NCBI GenBank assembly: GCA_965223545.1
Contig: OZ245006.1
Span: 352,001-416,000, forward strand
Direction: 5' to 3'
Length of the DNA stretch: 64,000 bases
Source of the DNA: Planctomycetota bacterium
GTDB lineage: Bacteria > Planctomycetota > UBA1135 > UBA2386
In this document: positions 39,150-51,506 of the stretch, piece after piece
Layout of the letters: each line of letters starts with the position of its first letter
Position numbering within the stretch: position 1 is the stretch's first letter
Notes under the pieces: model-generated
Seen by the model: only the letters and a program-made list of their open reading frames with translations
Databases searched by the model: none
What the model was told of the DNA's origin: nothing
Translations under genes and position numbers: made by a program

Positions 39150-40234
39150 TCTGGCGCACCACCGCCGTACAGAGAAGCGCGCAGTGCGCGCAAGTCGGCG
39201 CGCTGTGCGTCGTCGAGGGCGGCGGCGCCACCCACCGGTCCCGCCGCCGGCAGACGCCGGCGATGGCGCAGCCAGGCGCCGAGACGACCGCGCAGCGCCG
39301 CGTGCGCGGCGGGATCGATGCAGCAGGCCTCGAGGTCGGCCGGCGGCCACGGCCAGGCGGCCTGAGGCAGGTCGGTCTTGTTGCGGACCACGCAGGTGCG
39401 CGCGGTGCGCAAGTCCCCGTCGAGCGCACTCGGCCCCGCCGCCCCGTCGATCACCAGCACGCGCCACGCCCCCCGCCGGCGCTGCCGCCCACGGCGCAGC
39501 GCGACCCGATCGATGGCGTCGGCAGGAGACCCCGCGGCCGCGCCGGGTTCGCCGGCGGTGTCCACCACCTCGTAGGGGTAGCCGTCGAGCAGGACCACCT
39601 CGCCCACCGGGTCGCGGGTCAACCCCGGCAGCGGCCCGACCAGGGCCCGAGGGCGGCCGACCAAGGCGTTCAGCAGGCTCGACTTGCCCGCGTTCTGCCG
39701 GCCACAGAGCACCAGCGGACACGGCGTGAGCAACGCCCGCGCGATGGCGCTGCGCCGCGCCAGGGCGCGGGTCGCGCTGCGCCGGCGGCCCGGCTCCAGA
39801 GCCGCGATGCGGGCGCGCTCGACGGGCCACGACCACTGGCGCTGTTCGAGCGCCAGCCGCAGCTGGCCCTCGCCGCGCGCTGCCACCGCCGCGTCTTCCC
39901 CCGCGCCCAGCGGCAGCGGCGACAGCCAACCCTCCGGAGCCACGCGGTGCCCGGCGTGCTCGAGCCACTCGGCCAAACGCCGGACCAGCGCCGGGCTGCC
40001 GTGCAGGTGCAGCTCGAAGTGCCCGTCCGCCGCGCACACCAGGACCCGGTCGAGGCGCCGGCCGTCGAGCCACAGCCAGCCGCCGGCAATCGGCGCCCGG
40101 TCGGTGAGCGGGCCGCCATCGCGGCGGCGCACGATGCGACCCAGCACAGCCGCCGCGGACTCTCCATCGAGCACGACGACGGCGATGCCCCCGGGCGAGG
40201 GCGGCGTCGCCAACCACGCGCGCAGCGCGGTCAC
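39146..40234 (-). CDS. MnmE/TrmE-like GTPase (short, ~362 aa)
   Basis: TPPSPGGIAVV N-terminus, ELHLHGS, GRQNAGKSS, GLTRD, DTAG, NKTD. GTG 40234 overlaps the coaX stop. Confidence 0.75.
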   Translation of the reverse strand: MTALRAWLATPPSPGGIAVVVLDGESAAAVLGRIVRRRDGGPLTDRAPIAGGWLWLDGRRLDRVLVCAADGHFELHLHGSPALVRRLAEWLEHAGHRVAPEGWLSPLPLGAGEDAAVAARGEGQLRLALEQRQWSWPVERARIAALEPGRRRSATRALARRSAIARALLTPCPLVLCGRQNAGKSSLLNALVGRPRALVGPLPGLTRDPVGEVVLLDGYPYEVVDTAGEPGAAAGSPADAIDRVALRRGRQRRRGAWRVLVIDGAAGPSALDGDLRTARTCVVRNKTDLPQAAWPWPPADLEACCIDPAAHAALRGRLGAWLRHRRRLPAAGPVGGAAALDDAQRADLRALRASLYGGGAPE

Positions 40235-40989
40235 GGCCGGTCCGCCAACAGCGCCAGGCCGCGGTGCACCAAGTCCTCGACCAGCTCCACCGCCAGCACA
40301 CCGCGCCGCAGGTAGAGCGGCGCGTCGCCACCGGTGAGCAGAACCGGCGTGTCGGGCGGCAAGCCGGCGGCGTGCCGGACCTCCGCGACGAGGCGCTCGA
40401 CGGCACCGCAGAACGCCAGCTGGAGACCGGAGCGCACCGCCTCCTCGCTCGAGTTGGGCAGCGCGGCGCCGGCCACTTCGAGATCCGGGACGGGCAACCC
40501 GGGCGCCGCCCCGGCCAGCCCTGCGCGCATCGTGCGGGCCCCCGGAGCGATGCATCCACCGAGGAAGACCCCGGGCTCGGCGCCCGGCCCGGCGCCGGTG
40601 CGCGCCACGGCATCGACGGTCAACGCGGTGCCGGCGTCGACGACGATGGCGCGGGGATGCAGCGCGCACGCCGCGAACGCCGCCACCCACCGGTCCACGC
40701 CCAGGGCTTCGGCGGGCTCGTAGGTCAGGCGCAACGGACAGGGGAGATCGTCGCCCGCGATCGCGAGGGGCACGCCGTGCGAACGCAGCGCAGCGCCGAC
40801 GGCCGCCAGACCGTCCGCTACGACCGTGCACGCCACCGCCCGCGCGACACCGCCGGCCCCCGCCACCAAACGCAGCACACCATCGAGGTCATCGGGCGAC
40901 AGCCGCACGCGCTGCAGCCGCTCGGCGTCGTCGTGCACGCAGCAATCGAGCGTGCTGTTGCCGCGGTCCAGCGTGAGAAGGCCGGTCAC
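40231..40989 (-). CDS. coaX: Type III pantothenate kinase
   Basis: LDRGNS, LGVDR, VDAGTALTVD, GGCIAPG, LTGGDA. Start is GTG 40989 or 41022. Confidence 0.9.
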   Translation of the reverse strand: MTGLLTLDRGNSTLDCCVHDDAERLQRVRLSPDDLDGVLRLVAGAGGVARAVACTVVADGLAAVGAALRSHGVPLAIAGDDLPCPLRLTYEPAEALGVDRWVAAFAACALHPRAIVVDAGTALTVDAVARTGAGPGAEPGVFLGGCIAPGARTMRAGLAGAAPGLPVPDLEVAGAALPNSSEEAVRSGLQLAFCGAVERLVAEVRHAAGLPPDTPVLLTGGDAPLYLRRGVLAVELVEDLVHRGLALLADRP

Positions 40990-41026
40990 CGCACGGCGCT
41001 CACGGCCTCCGCCCACCGCCACGCCC

Positions 41027-42259
41027 CTACTCGTTGGGGACGTAGTACGTGCGCTCCTCGATGCGGCCGTAGCGGTTGAGGATCTTGGCGGTGAACGCGC
41101 GGACTCCGGCGCGGTACTGCTTCTTGCCCACCGACAGGGCCTCGGCCTTGCTGCGCACCGGCACGCCGTTGAGCTCCAGCAGCACGTCCCCGGCCTGCAC
41201 GCCGAACCGCTGCATCCTGGGCGACACCTTGTTGACGATGACGCCGCGAATGCTCCCGCTGCGCGAGGTGTAGGTGCGCAGCGAGATGTCCTGGTGGAAC
41301 ACCTCCTCGGCCTGCCGGGTCAGCATCTCGTTGTCCTGCCGGCTGATGTGCCATTGGCCGGGCTCCACCGCCTTGGTGCGGGCGCCGACATCCTGCCACT
41401 GACCGCCCGGCGCCTGCGCCGCGGTCGCTTCGCCACGCGGCCGTGGCGCCGTGTCGGCCGACACCGCGCCGTTCTCGCTGAGGTGCTCGAAGACCTCGTC
41501 GTCCAAGTCCAACACCTTGTGGAACACCCGCTCCTCGGCCGCCACTCCCTCCGGCAACTTGCCCTCGCGGCGGAACACCACCGCCAGCGGCCGCTCCTGC
41601 ACCGACGCCATCACGACGTCGCTGTACGGCTCCCACAGTGAATCACCGATCGCCAGGTGGTGGTAGAGCGCATCGTCGCCCCCGAACGTCGGCATCGGCG
41701 AGACCGGCCGCGCCCCGGGTTGCTGGTTGCCCGGCCGGCGGCCGCGCCCGCGATTGGCGAGTGCCGGCGCCGCCGGGGTCACCGGCGCCGCGCCGACGTC
41801 GCCCGGTCCACTGTAGCTGCCCTCGCCGTCGCCACCGCCGAACTTGCTCGGCGGCCGCTGCACGTTGGCCTCTGGCTTGTAGCGGACCACGCACGTCGAC
41901 TCGCCATTGGACATGAAGACGGCGCAGTCGACGTCGAGCAGGTCCTTGATCGGCGTCACCGTCTGCACCACCGGCTCTTCCTCCACCGGCGCCGCGACCT
42001 CGACCGGCTTGGGCGGCAGCTTGCCGATGAAGTTTGCCTGCCGGAACTGCTCCCACCAGGCCTGGCTGGCCTGGGAATAGTCGTCGCGGAGGTCGTCCGG
42101 CGTGCGCTCGCGGCCGGCCTGCAGGGTGGCCTGGGTCTCCTCGCTGATCGCCGCTTGCTGCGACGGCGGGATCTGCATGCTCTCGTAGAACAGATAACCG
42201 CTGCCGCCGGCCAGGCCGAGGGAGCTCAAGTACAGCAAGCTGTTGATGGGAAGCTTCAT
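41027..42259 (-). CDS. GspC-like membrane-anchored protein with C-terminal PDZ-like domain
   Basis: N-terminal TM, Pro/Gly-rich linkers, C-terminal GVIVNKVS...GVQAGDVLLELNGVPV. Confidence 0.6.
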   Translation of the reverse strand: MKLPINSLLYLSSLGLAGGSGYLFYESMQIPPSQQAAISEETQATLQAGRERTPDDLRDDYSQASQAWWEQFRQANFIGKLPPKPVEVAAPVEEEPVVQTVTPIKDLLDVDCAVFMSNGESTCVVRYKPEANVQRPPSKFGGGDGEGSYSGPGDVGAAPVTPAAPALANRGRGRRPGNQQPGARPVSPMPTFGGDDALYHHLAIGDSLWEPYSDVVMASVQERPLAVVFRREGKLPEGVAAEERVFHKVLDLDDEVFEHLSENGAVSADTAPRPRGEATAAQAPGGQWQDVGARTKAVEPGQWHISRQDNEMLTRQAEEVFHQDISLRTYTSRSGSIRGVIVNKVSPRMQRFGVQAGDVLLELNGVPVRSKAEALSVGKKQYRAGVRAFTAKILNRYGRIEERTYYVPNE

Positions 42260-42395
42260 GCGGATCGCCTGACCGCGGAGTGTAACGACCGCGCCGCGGG
42301 CCACCAAGGCGAGCGCTGGCCGAACCGCGCCAGGCTACGACGCCGAGCGGACCGGGATCTTCCAGGAAAGACCGCGCGGCGCCCGCGCCGGAGGA

Positions 42396-43493
42396 TCAGA
42401 CCATCACCGTGCCGCGGGTGATGCCGCGCATCTGCATCTTCAGCTCCTCGGGGTTGTCCGAGGCCGCCAGCGCCTCCTCCAGGGCGATGTTGCCGGCATC
42501 GAACAGCCGGATGAGCGACTGGTTGAAGGTCATGGTGCCGTAGTGGGTGCCCTCGGACAGCGCGCGCGGTAGCTCGCGGGTGCTGCCCTTCTCGAGCAGC
42601 TCGCGCACGGTCGGCGTGCTGATCAGCAGCTCGACCGCCGGCAGCGAGCCGGTGCCGACCTTGGTGGCGATCAGCCGCATCGAGATGACCCCGGCCAGGT
42701 TGAGGGCGAGCTGCAGCCGGATCAGGTCGTGATGGTGCGGCTCGAAGAAGGTGATGATGCGCTCGACGGTCTGCACCGCGTTGACCGTGTGCAGGGTGGA
42801 GAACACCAGGTGACCGGTCTCCGCCGCCGCCATCGCGGCCTCGGCGGTCTCGCGGTCGCGCATCTCGCCGATCATGATGACGTCGGGCGCCTGCCGCACC
42901 GCGTCGCGCAGCGCCGCCGGAAAGCTGATCGCGTCGGTGCCGATCTCGCGCTGATTGACGATCGAGCGCTTGTCGGCGAACTGGTACTCGATCGGGTCCT
43001 CGATCGTGATGATGTGCTTGGCCTCGGTGCGGTTGATGTACTCGAGCATCGCCGCCAGCGTCGTCGACTTGCCCGACCCCGCGGTGCCGGTGACCAGCAC
43101 CAGGCCGCGCCGGCGGGTGGACAGCTCCTTGAGCGGGTCCACCGGCAAGTGGAGATCCTTGAACGGCGGGATGTCGGTGCGGATGCCGCGCAGCACCAGC
43201 CCGACGTCGCCGCTCTGATGAAACGCGTTGCAGCGATAACGCCCCAGCCCGGCGATGCTGAGCGCTCGGTCGGCCGAACCGCGCTTGCGGAACTTGGCCA
43301 TCCGCTTCTCGCCGAGCACGTGCTCGAGGAACTGCTGCACCACCGCGCGCGGCAGCGGCTGATCGCCCAGAAAGCGGATCCCCTTCGCGGTGCGCACCGC
43401 CGGGCACCCACCGGACTTCAGGATGAGATCCGAGGCCTCGGCCGCTTGCATGGCCTTCAACAGCTGGGTCATCTCGTGTGGCGCGTCGCTCAC
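42396..43493 (-). CDS. Second PilT/PilU-family ATPase
   Basis: ASDLIL, GTAGSGKST, EDPIEY, RQAPDVI, ETGHLVFSTLH; lacks AIRNLIRE (has TVRELLEK). GTG 43493 follows GGAGG. Confidence 0.9.
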   Translation of the reverse strand: MSDAPHEMTQLLKAMQAAEASDLILKSGGCPAVRTAKGIRFLGDQPLPRAVVQQFLEHVLGEKRMAKFRKRGSADRALSIAGLGRYRCNAFHQSGDVGLVLRGIRTDIPPFKDLHLPVDPLKELSTRRRGLVLVTGTAGSGKSTTLAAMLEYINRTEAKHIITIEDPIEYQFADKRSIVNQREIGTDAISFPAALRDAVRQAPDVIMIGEMRDRETAEAAMAAAETGHLVFSTLHTVNAVQTVERIITFFEPHHHDLIRLQLALNLAGVISMRLIATKVGTGSLPAVELLISTPTVRELLEKGSTRELPRALSEGTHYGTMTFNQSLIRLFDAGNIALEEALAASDNPEELKMQMRGITRGTVMV

Positions 43494-43618
43494 GTGTGTC
43501 ACCTCCCCTCTCCGTATCGGACCGCGACGCGCGGGATCGCTGGGCACTGGCTCGAAATGAGACTGGGCCCGGCTTCGCGCCGGGAGACGCGGCCCCGACC
43601 GCGCCCGGACACCGCGCC

Positions 43619-46574
43619 TCAGAACCCCAGATGCAGGTCGATCCCGTTGCTGAGCGCGAAGCCCAGTGGATCAGGCGTCGGTGCGTGGATGGACTGCAGC
43701 GCCACCCGCAAGCCCAGCAACGCCGGGGTCGCGGGCAACGGCAGTGCGACGGACCACCGCGCGGTTCTCGGCACAACGTTGGCCAACAACACCACAGTCC
43801 ATGCGTCGAGGTAGCTGGTGCAGCCGCCTCGACCGAGCCAGGACGGCTGGCGGGGCCCAGAGGCGAGCAACAGAGCGGGCACCCCGATCGGAGCGAAGTC
43901 GCCGACCACCGACAGCGTCGTGCCGAGGACCGGGTCGGGGCAGCGCAGAACCGGATCGAGGCCGGCGCCGCAGCCGCGGCCCAGGGGGCGCGCAGTCGCG
44001 CCTGGCCGCCACGCCCAGGGCTCGGAACCGATCGACCCATCGCCGCCCGCGAAGAACAGGAACCCCGCACCGAAGTGCATGTCACCCGTCGCCGACGCGA
44101 TGTTGCCGAACTCGAACGTACCGCCGGCGGTACCGTCGGTGACCCAAAGCCCAGTTCCGCTGGTTGGCCGGGTCAGGACCAGCGCCAGACGGCGTGTGCC
44201 GACGGCTTCCAACCCTCTGACGCGAATCCCGGCCGGCCCCGGCTCCAGGTCGGCAACCAAACGCGTCCCCGCCGCAGTGCCATCGGAGACCCACAACTCC
44301 TCGCCGAAGGCGCTGGTGATCGCGGTGAAGAACACCCGATCACCCACGACCGTCATTTGACGTGGAGCGCTGTTGCCGGGCCCTGACTCGATATCCGCAA
44401 CGCGACGCGTCCCACCAGCAGTGCCGTCCGTGCACCACAGCTCGACCCCGCCGCTGTCTCGTGCACTGAAGAACGTCAGGTCATTGGCGACCGCGAACCC
44501 GTCGTACCACCCCGCCGTAGCAATCTGAAGCGTGCCTGCGACGGTGCCGTCGGTGCGCCAGATGCCGTCCGAACGGCCCCACAACACCGAATCTCGATAG
44601 CGTACCAAAGCACTCGGTCCAGTCACGGAGGGCTGCGTGATCAGCGACGTACCGGCGGAGGTCCCATCGGTACGCCACAGCTGGAGCAAAGAACCTTGCT
44701 CGAAGGCCAAGAAGAGCACGACATCCCCGAGCACCGTGAAGTCACGCGGATTGCTCGACTGCGCGCCAGCGAGGTTTCGGACCCAAGTCGTGCCCGCGGG
44801 GGTTCCGTCGCTACGCCACATCTCGGCACCACCGGTGGGCTCGTGCGCGCGAAACAACAGCAGGTCGTCCAAGAACACGAACTCGTCCGGATACGACGGG
44901 GAGGATCCGCGATGGATGTCCTTTACCAGTCGCGTTCCCGCCTCCGTGCCGTCACTGAACCACAGCTCGTTCCCGCGTTGCGCATCGGCAGCGCTGAAGA
45001 ACACGCCTCGACCGTCGGCAATCTGTGACACGCGGCCCACGGTTGAACCGGCGGCCCCGGGATTGAGATCTTTCAGCATCCGCGTTCCGCTGGCCTGGCC
45101 CGATGTGAACCACGGTTCGCGACCGAGTACACCATCGTCCGCCCAGAACAGGACGCCGCCGAACGCTGCGATCGCGTCTCGCGGAGAACTACTGGCCCCA
45201 CCTGATAGCGGCTGCACGAGGTCTCCCGTCAGAACTGTCCCGAACACCGTGCCATCGGTGCGCCACAACTCGTCGCCCGTCGCTCCATCGTCGGCGACGA
45301 AGAACAAGTTGCCGTTGGTCGCGGGGAACAGCTCCGTTGGGTTCGAGCCAACCGCACCCGGATTGAGGTCGACCACCAGCCTCGTGTTGGCCGCGCTCCC
45401 ATCCGAAACCCACAGCTCGCGACCCCGGGCATCATCGTTGACGATGTACAACGCGTCCCGGGTTGCGCCGAGTTCACTGGCCTGCAAACCAGACATGACC
45501 AACGACGTCCCGCTGGCGGTTCCATCCGTTCGCCACAGGTTGGCCGCCAATGCAAACCCAGCCGGCTGGACCGAGGACCGCTCCAAGAAATAGACGTGTC
45601 CTCGAAACGCTCGAGGGGCCCAATACACCGGCATCGTGGTACTGGGCGAGAGCTGCGTGACTCGCTGCGTCCCAGCCACCGTGCCGTCCGTGACCCACGG
45701 ATGAACCCCTGTGCCGTCGTCGGCAAAGAACACGAGCCGGGAACCCAGCCGAGTGAACACCCGAGGTTGGGCGACTCCCAGAGTGGTGCCCGGCGGAATC
45801 GTGGCCAGCTGCATCGTGCCACCCACCGTGCCGTCCGAGACCCAGGGCTGCGCGGCCAAGCCCAAGTCGAGGCACCAGAACACTGCACGGCTGCCGAGAG
45901 CCGTCAGCCCTACGCAGCTCGACGTGGTCAGCTGTCGGAGCTGCGCCGTCACGCCGTCGAACGCCCACAGTCCGTTCGACGACCAGACGAACAGAATGTC
46001 ATCGACCGCGAGCAGCGAGCCCCATACCGCGGAACTGATCGGCCGAACGGTCCCCGCAGAATCCACTGCCCACAGCCCGCTGGGAGAGACGGTCGTGAAG
46101 TACAGCTCGCCCTGAAACGACACCAAGTCCCGCACGCTCAACCACGGTCCTGCACCCGTGATGCTCTGCGTGCCAGCACTGGTTCCATCGCTACGCCAGA
46201 TCTCGCGGCCAACGGCCTGGCTCAACACTGAACAGTAGACGTGCGCACCAACCGTCGTCAGTTGCTCGGGCATCGAGTGCGAAGGACCGGGGGCGATGTC
46301 CGCGACGAGGGTCGCGTCGCCCGGATTCCCATAGGTCCGGTAAGAGCTCACGTCCGAACGGGCCGTTCGCCGAGAAAAACACCGCCGCGCCGAGCTGGGC
46401 CATGGGGACGGGACAAGCGTTGCCAGCCACCGGCGCCTGGTTGAGGTCTCGAATCAAGCTCGGATTGCCCTGCGCTGCGACCGCCGCAAGGGCGACGCTC
46501 ATCACGAGCCAAGCGCGAACGGCGCGCGCAGCGGCTGACGGCGCCGACCGGAGGAGGAACGAGACGTGCTTCAT
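43619..46574 (-). pseudogene. Secreted ELWxxDGT-repeat beta-propeller protein, split by a 1-nt frameshift near 46342
   Basis: Many (E)LW.SDGT..GT repeats. The signal peptide and first repeat half (…GPFGREL) are in one frame and continue as YRTYGNPGDAT… in another. Could be a sequencing error. Confidence 0.75.
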
Positions 46575-46706
46575 TGCGGCCCTCACTTGGCGAAGGTGAC
46601 TGGCAGCCTCCGAACCTCGCCAGAGGCTCCCACCGGACGCGGCTCATGCTACTCGATTGATCGAGGTGTGCCGGCCCCGGTCTCGGTGACGATCTCGACG
46701 AGATGG

Positions 46707-47093
46707 CTATCGAGTCAGCTTCGACAGCCATCGGGCGAAGGTGTCTCGGTCGACCCTGTCGGTCGCGAGACCTTCGATCATGACGACGGCCTCCGCGTTG
46801 TCTCCCCGGAACGCCGCGCCGTTGATCCGCAGAAACGTCATGGCACAGGCGAGCGCCGTTCGCTTGTTGCCGTCGACGAAACCGTGGTTCTTGACGATCG
46901 CCTGGGCGTAGGTCGCGGCGAGGATCGCGAGGCTGGACGGCTCGTAGGCCTGGACATTCTTCGGCCTGGCCAGCGCACTCTCGATGAGATTCAGATCCCT
47001 CGTGCCGGGCTCACCGCCGAACAGGCCGATCATCGCCTCGTGGATGGCCAGCGCATCGTCGAGAGTGATCCACCGGGGCTCCGTGGCCGTCAC
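46707..47093 (-). CDS. doc: Doc/Fic-family toxin
   Basis: Fic/Doc motif HGFVDGNKRTA; ESALARP; 128 aa. Confidence 0.9.
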   Translation of the reverse strand: MTATEPRWITLDDALAIHEAMIGLFGGEPGTRDLNLIESALARPKNVQAYEPSSLAILAATYAQAIVKNHGFVDGNKRTALACAMTFLRINGAAFRGDNAEAVVMIEGLATDRVDRDTFARWLSKLTR

Positions 47094-47344
47094 TTCGCCA
47101 GCTCACGCAGAGCATCTTCATAGTGCTCGACGACCTCCCTGAGAGCGGCAAGCTTGTCCTGGAAGTCGCCGTTCTCCACCGATAGCTCCAGCCGCTGCGA
47201 CGTGGGGCACCGCGACAGGATCAGGCGCTCGCCGGCCCGTCGCTTGACCCCCAGGTCGTCGAGCACTTCGACCGGCAAGATCACCCCGAGCGAATTCCCG
47301 ATCTGAGTGAGCCGCAGCGTCTTGGGCGTGGTCAGGTTGGTCAT
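47090..47344 (-). CDS. AbrB/MazE-fold antitoxin
   Basis: LTQIGNSLGVILP; C-terminal YEDALRELAK; 4-nt overlap with the toxin. Confidence 0.85.
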   Translation of the reverse strand: MTNLTTPKTLRLTQIGNSLGVILPVEVLDDLGVKRRAGERLILSRCPTSQRLELSVENGDFQDKLAALREVVEHYEDALRELAK

Positions 47345-47385
47345 GGGCCATCTCCGAGCGGAACGCGCAGCCCGCGGGCCACCGC

Positions 47386-47405
47386 GTTATAACAAACGTT
47401 AGAAC
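47386..47405. promoter_or_regulatory. Probable TA operator (two palindromic boxes)
   Basis: GTTATAAC-aaac-GTTAGAAC, AT-rich, about 40 bp upstream of the antitoxin start. Confidence 0.6.
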
Positions 47406-47479
47406 ATCTTACTCGGCATGACAACCTGCGGGGTTGAGTTGGGATTTGCGTCGCCCCCTTAGCTGGACGGCCCCCTTTC

Positions 47480-48774
<1,295 letters not shown>

Positions 48775-48797
48775 CGCTCAAACCTCTTCTTGGGGCA

Positions 48798-49109
48798 TCA
48801 GCCCGAGATGCCCTCGATGCGAAGCTCGGTGTAGCGCGCGCGAAAACCGACGCGCGAGCGCGAGTTCTTGCGGCGGCGCAGCTTGGCGACCACCAGCTTG
48901 GGCCCCTTCACCACGCCCTCGACCACCGCCGTCACCGAGGCGCCGTCCACGTAGGGCGTGCCGATCCGCGGCTCGTCGCCGCCCACGGCGCACACCTTGT
49001 CGAAGGTCACCGCGCTGCCGGCTTCGAGGGTGGAGTTCAGCGGCACCAGAACCCGGTCGCCCACGGCGACGCGGAACTGTTGATTGCGGTCTTCGAAGAC
49101 GGCGTACAT
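48798..49109 (-). CDS. rplU: 50S ribosomal protein L21
   Basis: [20 protein letters not shown]...[10 protein letters not shown]; adjacent to rpmA. Confidence 0.95.
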   Translation of the reverse strand: MYAVFEDRNQQFRVAVGDRVLVPLNSTLEAGSAVTFDKVCAVGGDEPRIGTPYVDGASVTAVVEGVVKGPKLVVAKLRRRKNSRSRVGFRARYTELRIEGISG

Positions 49110-49220
49110 GGCGGGTCTCGCGCGGAAAAAGGGGCAGGGACGATAGCCCTTGGACTGCGCGAATCAAGCGTCTCCGGGACCACCGTCCCACGAGTCGCCT
49201 CGGGCGGGCCGCGGGCGGGC

Positions 49221-51506
49221 TCAGACCCGCACGCCGAGGCCCGCCGGCACCGGCACCCGCGCCTCCTGGCCGTCGGCGGTCAGGAAGCGATAGTGCACCA
49301 TGTCGACCGGGTAGGCGGGCTCGGACTTGACCGCGATCCGCTTGCCGGCGGCCTCCTCGAGGTCGAGCAGCGCCCGCCGCTTGTAGTTGGTCAGGTAGTC
49401 GTCGACCGCGGGCGAGGCGTAGACCTGCAAGATCGAGTAGCCCTTGAGCGGCAGCATGGCGCGGATCTCGCGCAGGGTGGTGACCGCCCGGCTCTGCACG
49501 GTGCGGGTCAACCCGGTGCCCTTGCAGTGCGAGCAGGTGCTGAACACGGTGTGCTTGAGGCCGGGACCGACGCGCTGGCGGGTCAGCTCGAGCATGCCGA
49601 AGGCCGAGATCCGCCCCACTTTGATCCGCGCCCGGTCCCCCTTCAGCGCGTTGATGATGGCCCGCTCCACCCCCCGCCGGTGGCGCTCGTCGGCCATGTC
49701 GATGAAGTCGATGATGATGACGCCGCCCAGATCGCGCAGCCGCAGCTGACGCACGATCTCGGGCACCGCCTCGAGGTTGGTCCGGTACGCGGTCTCCTCG
49801 AGATCCGCGCCAGGCTTGAACTTGCCCGAGTTGATGTCGATCGCCACCAGTGCCTCGGCCTGGTCGATGACGATGCTGACGCCGTTGGGGAGCTCGACCC
49901 GCGGCTGGTAGAGGTTCTGCACCTCGGTCTCGATGCCGAACGAGTGGAACAGCGGCGTGGTCAGCTCGTGCAGGCGGATGCGCTCGGCCATCTTCGGCAT
50001 CAGCTTCTCGGCGAAGTCCTTGATGCGCAGGTACACGTCGCGCGAGTCGACGACCACCTCTTCGATGTCCGGCGAGAACAGGTCGCGCATCGCCTTCAGC
50101 ACCAGGTCGGACTCCTGGTAGAGCAGCGCGGGCGCGCGCGTGCGGCCCAGACGTTGCGCGATCAAGCCCCAGATCTTGTTGAGGTAGTCGCGGTCGCGCT
50201 CGAGGTCGGTCTGGCTCTTGTTGATGCCGGCGGTGCGGACGATGAAGCCGATGCCACCGTTGCCGGTGTTGTCGAGGGCGCGGACGATCTTCTTCAGCCG
50301 CCGGCGCTCCTTCAGCGACTCGATCTTGCGCGACACGCCGCACTTGGGCAGGCTCGGCATCAGCACCAGCGAGCGGCCGGGCAGCGAGATGTAGGTGGTC
50401 AGCGTCGGCCCCTTGGCGCCGATGCCTTCCTTGGTGACCTGCACGACGACCTCTTGGCCCCGCTTGAGGAGCGCGTCGATCGGCGTCGACACCTTGGGGC
50501 GGGATCGGCCGCGGCCGCCACGGCCGGCCTTGGGCGCGGCCTCGGTCGCCACCGCGGTGGCCCCGCCGCGAGATCGCCGGCGGGCGGGCTTCGTCTCGTC
50601 GGCATCGGCGGCCTTGGCCTTGCGCCCGCCGCGCCGGCGCGTCCGACCGCCCTTCGGCCCCTCCGCGGCGCCGTCGCCACCGGCCTCGACGGCGCTCTGC
50701 TGATCCGCGCTCTCCGCCTCGTCGAGGCCGGCGGCGAAGCCGGTGCCGCCGCCGATCGCCTCGGCTTCGCCGGCAGCGTCCGCCGACACCTCGGCATCCG
50801 GCTGCTGGCGCCGCCGCGCGCGCGTGCGGCGCACACCGACTTCGGTGGCGCGACCCGCGTCGGGGTCCTCGTCGTCGTCGTCCTCGGCGTCGTCGCCGGC
50901 GGCGTCGGCGTCCTCGGTGTCGGCTTCCTCGCCGTCGGCCTCCGCGGTGTCCGCGGCCTCGGCGTCGATGTCCGTGTCGGCGGCCTCGGTGTCGGCTTCG
51001 GTGGGGCTCGCCTGTTCGAGCTCCGACTCGCCCCCGCCCGAATCCGGCTCCTCGTCGGCCGACTCGTCACTCGCCGCGGCGGCCGCCTTCGCGGTGCGGC
51101 GCTTCTTCGCCGACTTCGGCGGCGCGTCGCCATTGGCGGCGGCATCCTCCGCCTCGCCGTCGGCGCTGTCGTCGTCGCTGTCATCCAACACCGAGCGCAC
51201 CACGGCCGGCCCCTCGGTGCCGGTCACCCGCGCCCGGCCCTCGACCACGTCGTCGAGCCGGAAGTCGTCGCGGGCGTAGGCGGGCAGCACGTCGGACGCG
51301 TGCAGGAAGCCGTTGGTCCGGCCGCCGAAGCTGACGAACGCCGCGCCGATGCTCGGCTCGATGTTGGCGACCTTGCCCTTGTAGATGTTACCGAGATACG
51401 CCTCCCGGCTGGCAATCTCCACGTGGAGCTCTTGTAGAACTCCATTCTCGACCACCGCGATCCGGCTCTCTTCCGGATCGACGGCGTTGATCAGCATTCT
51501 CTTCAA
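49221..51506 (-). CDS. rne: Ribonuclease E/G family with a long acidic insertion
   Basis: [56 protein letters not shown]. Start is TTG 51506 or ATG 51497. Confidence 0.9.
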   Translation of the reverse strand: MKRMLINAVDPEESRIAVVENGVLQELHVEIASREAYLGNIYKGKVANIEPSIGAAFVSFGGRTNGFLHASDVLPAYARDDFRLDDVVEGRARVTGTEGPAVVRSVLDDSDDDSADGEAEDAAANGDAPPKSAKKRRTAKAAAAASDESADEEPDSGGGESELEQASPTEADTEAADTDIDAEAADTAEADGEEADTEDADAAGDDAEDDDDEDPDAGRATEVGVRRTRARRRQQPDAEVSADAAGEAEAIGGGTGFAAGLDEAESADQQSAVEAGGDGAAEGPKGGRTRRRGGRKAKAADADETKPARRRSRGGATAVATEAAPKAGRGGRGRSRPKVSTPIDALLKRGQEVVVQVTKEGIGAKGPTLTTYISLPGRSLVLMPSLPKCGVSRKIESLKERRRLKKIVRALDNTGNGGIGFIVRTAGINKSQTDLERDRDYLNKIWGLIAQRLGRTRAPALLYQESDLVLKAMRDLFSPDIEEVVVDSRDVYLRIKDFAEKLMPKMAERIRLHELTTPLFHSFGIETEVQNLYQPRVELPNGVSIVIDQAEALVAIDINSGKFKPGADLEETAYRTNLEAVPEIVRQLRLRDLGGVIIIDFIDMADERHRRGVERAIINALKGDRARIKVGRISAFGMLELTRQRVGPGLKHTVFSTCSHCKGTGLTRTVQSRAVTTLREIRAMLPLKGYSILQVYASPAVDDYLTNYKRRALLDLEEAAGKRIAVKSEPAYPVDMVHYRFLTADGQEARVPVPAGLGVRV

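Noticed and set aside
37800..40613. 937-aa ORF suggesting a giant PyrB fusion
   Set aside because: The upstream half is an off-frame reading of the mnmE-like and coaX genes. PyrB begins at 39149 or 39134.
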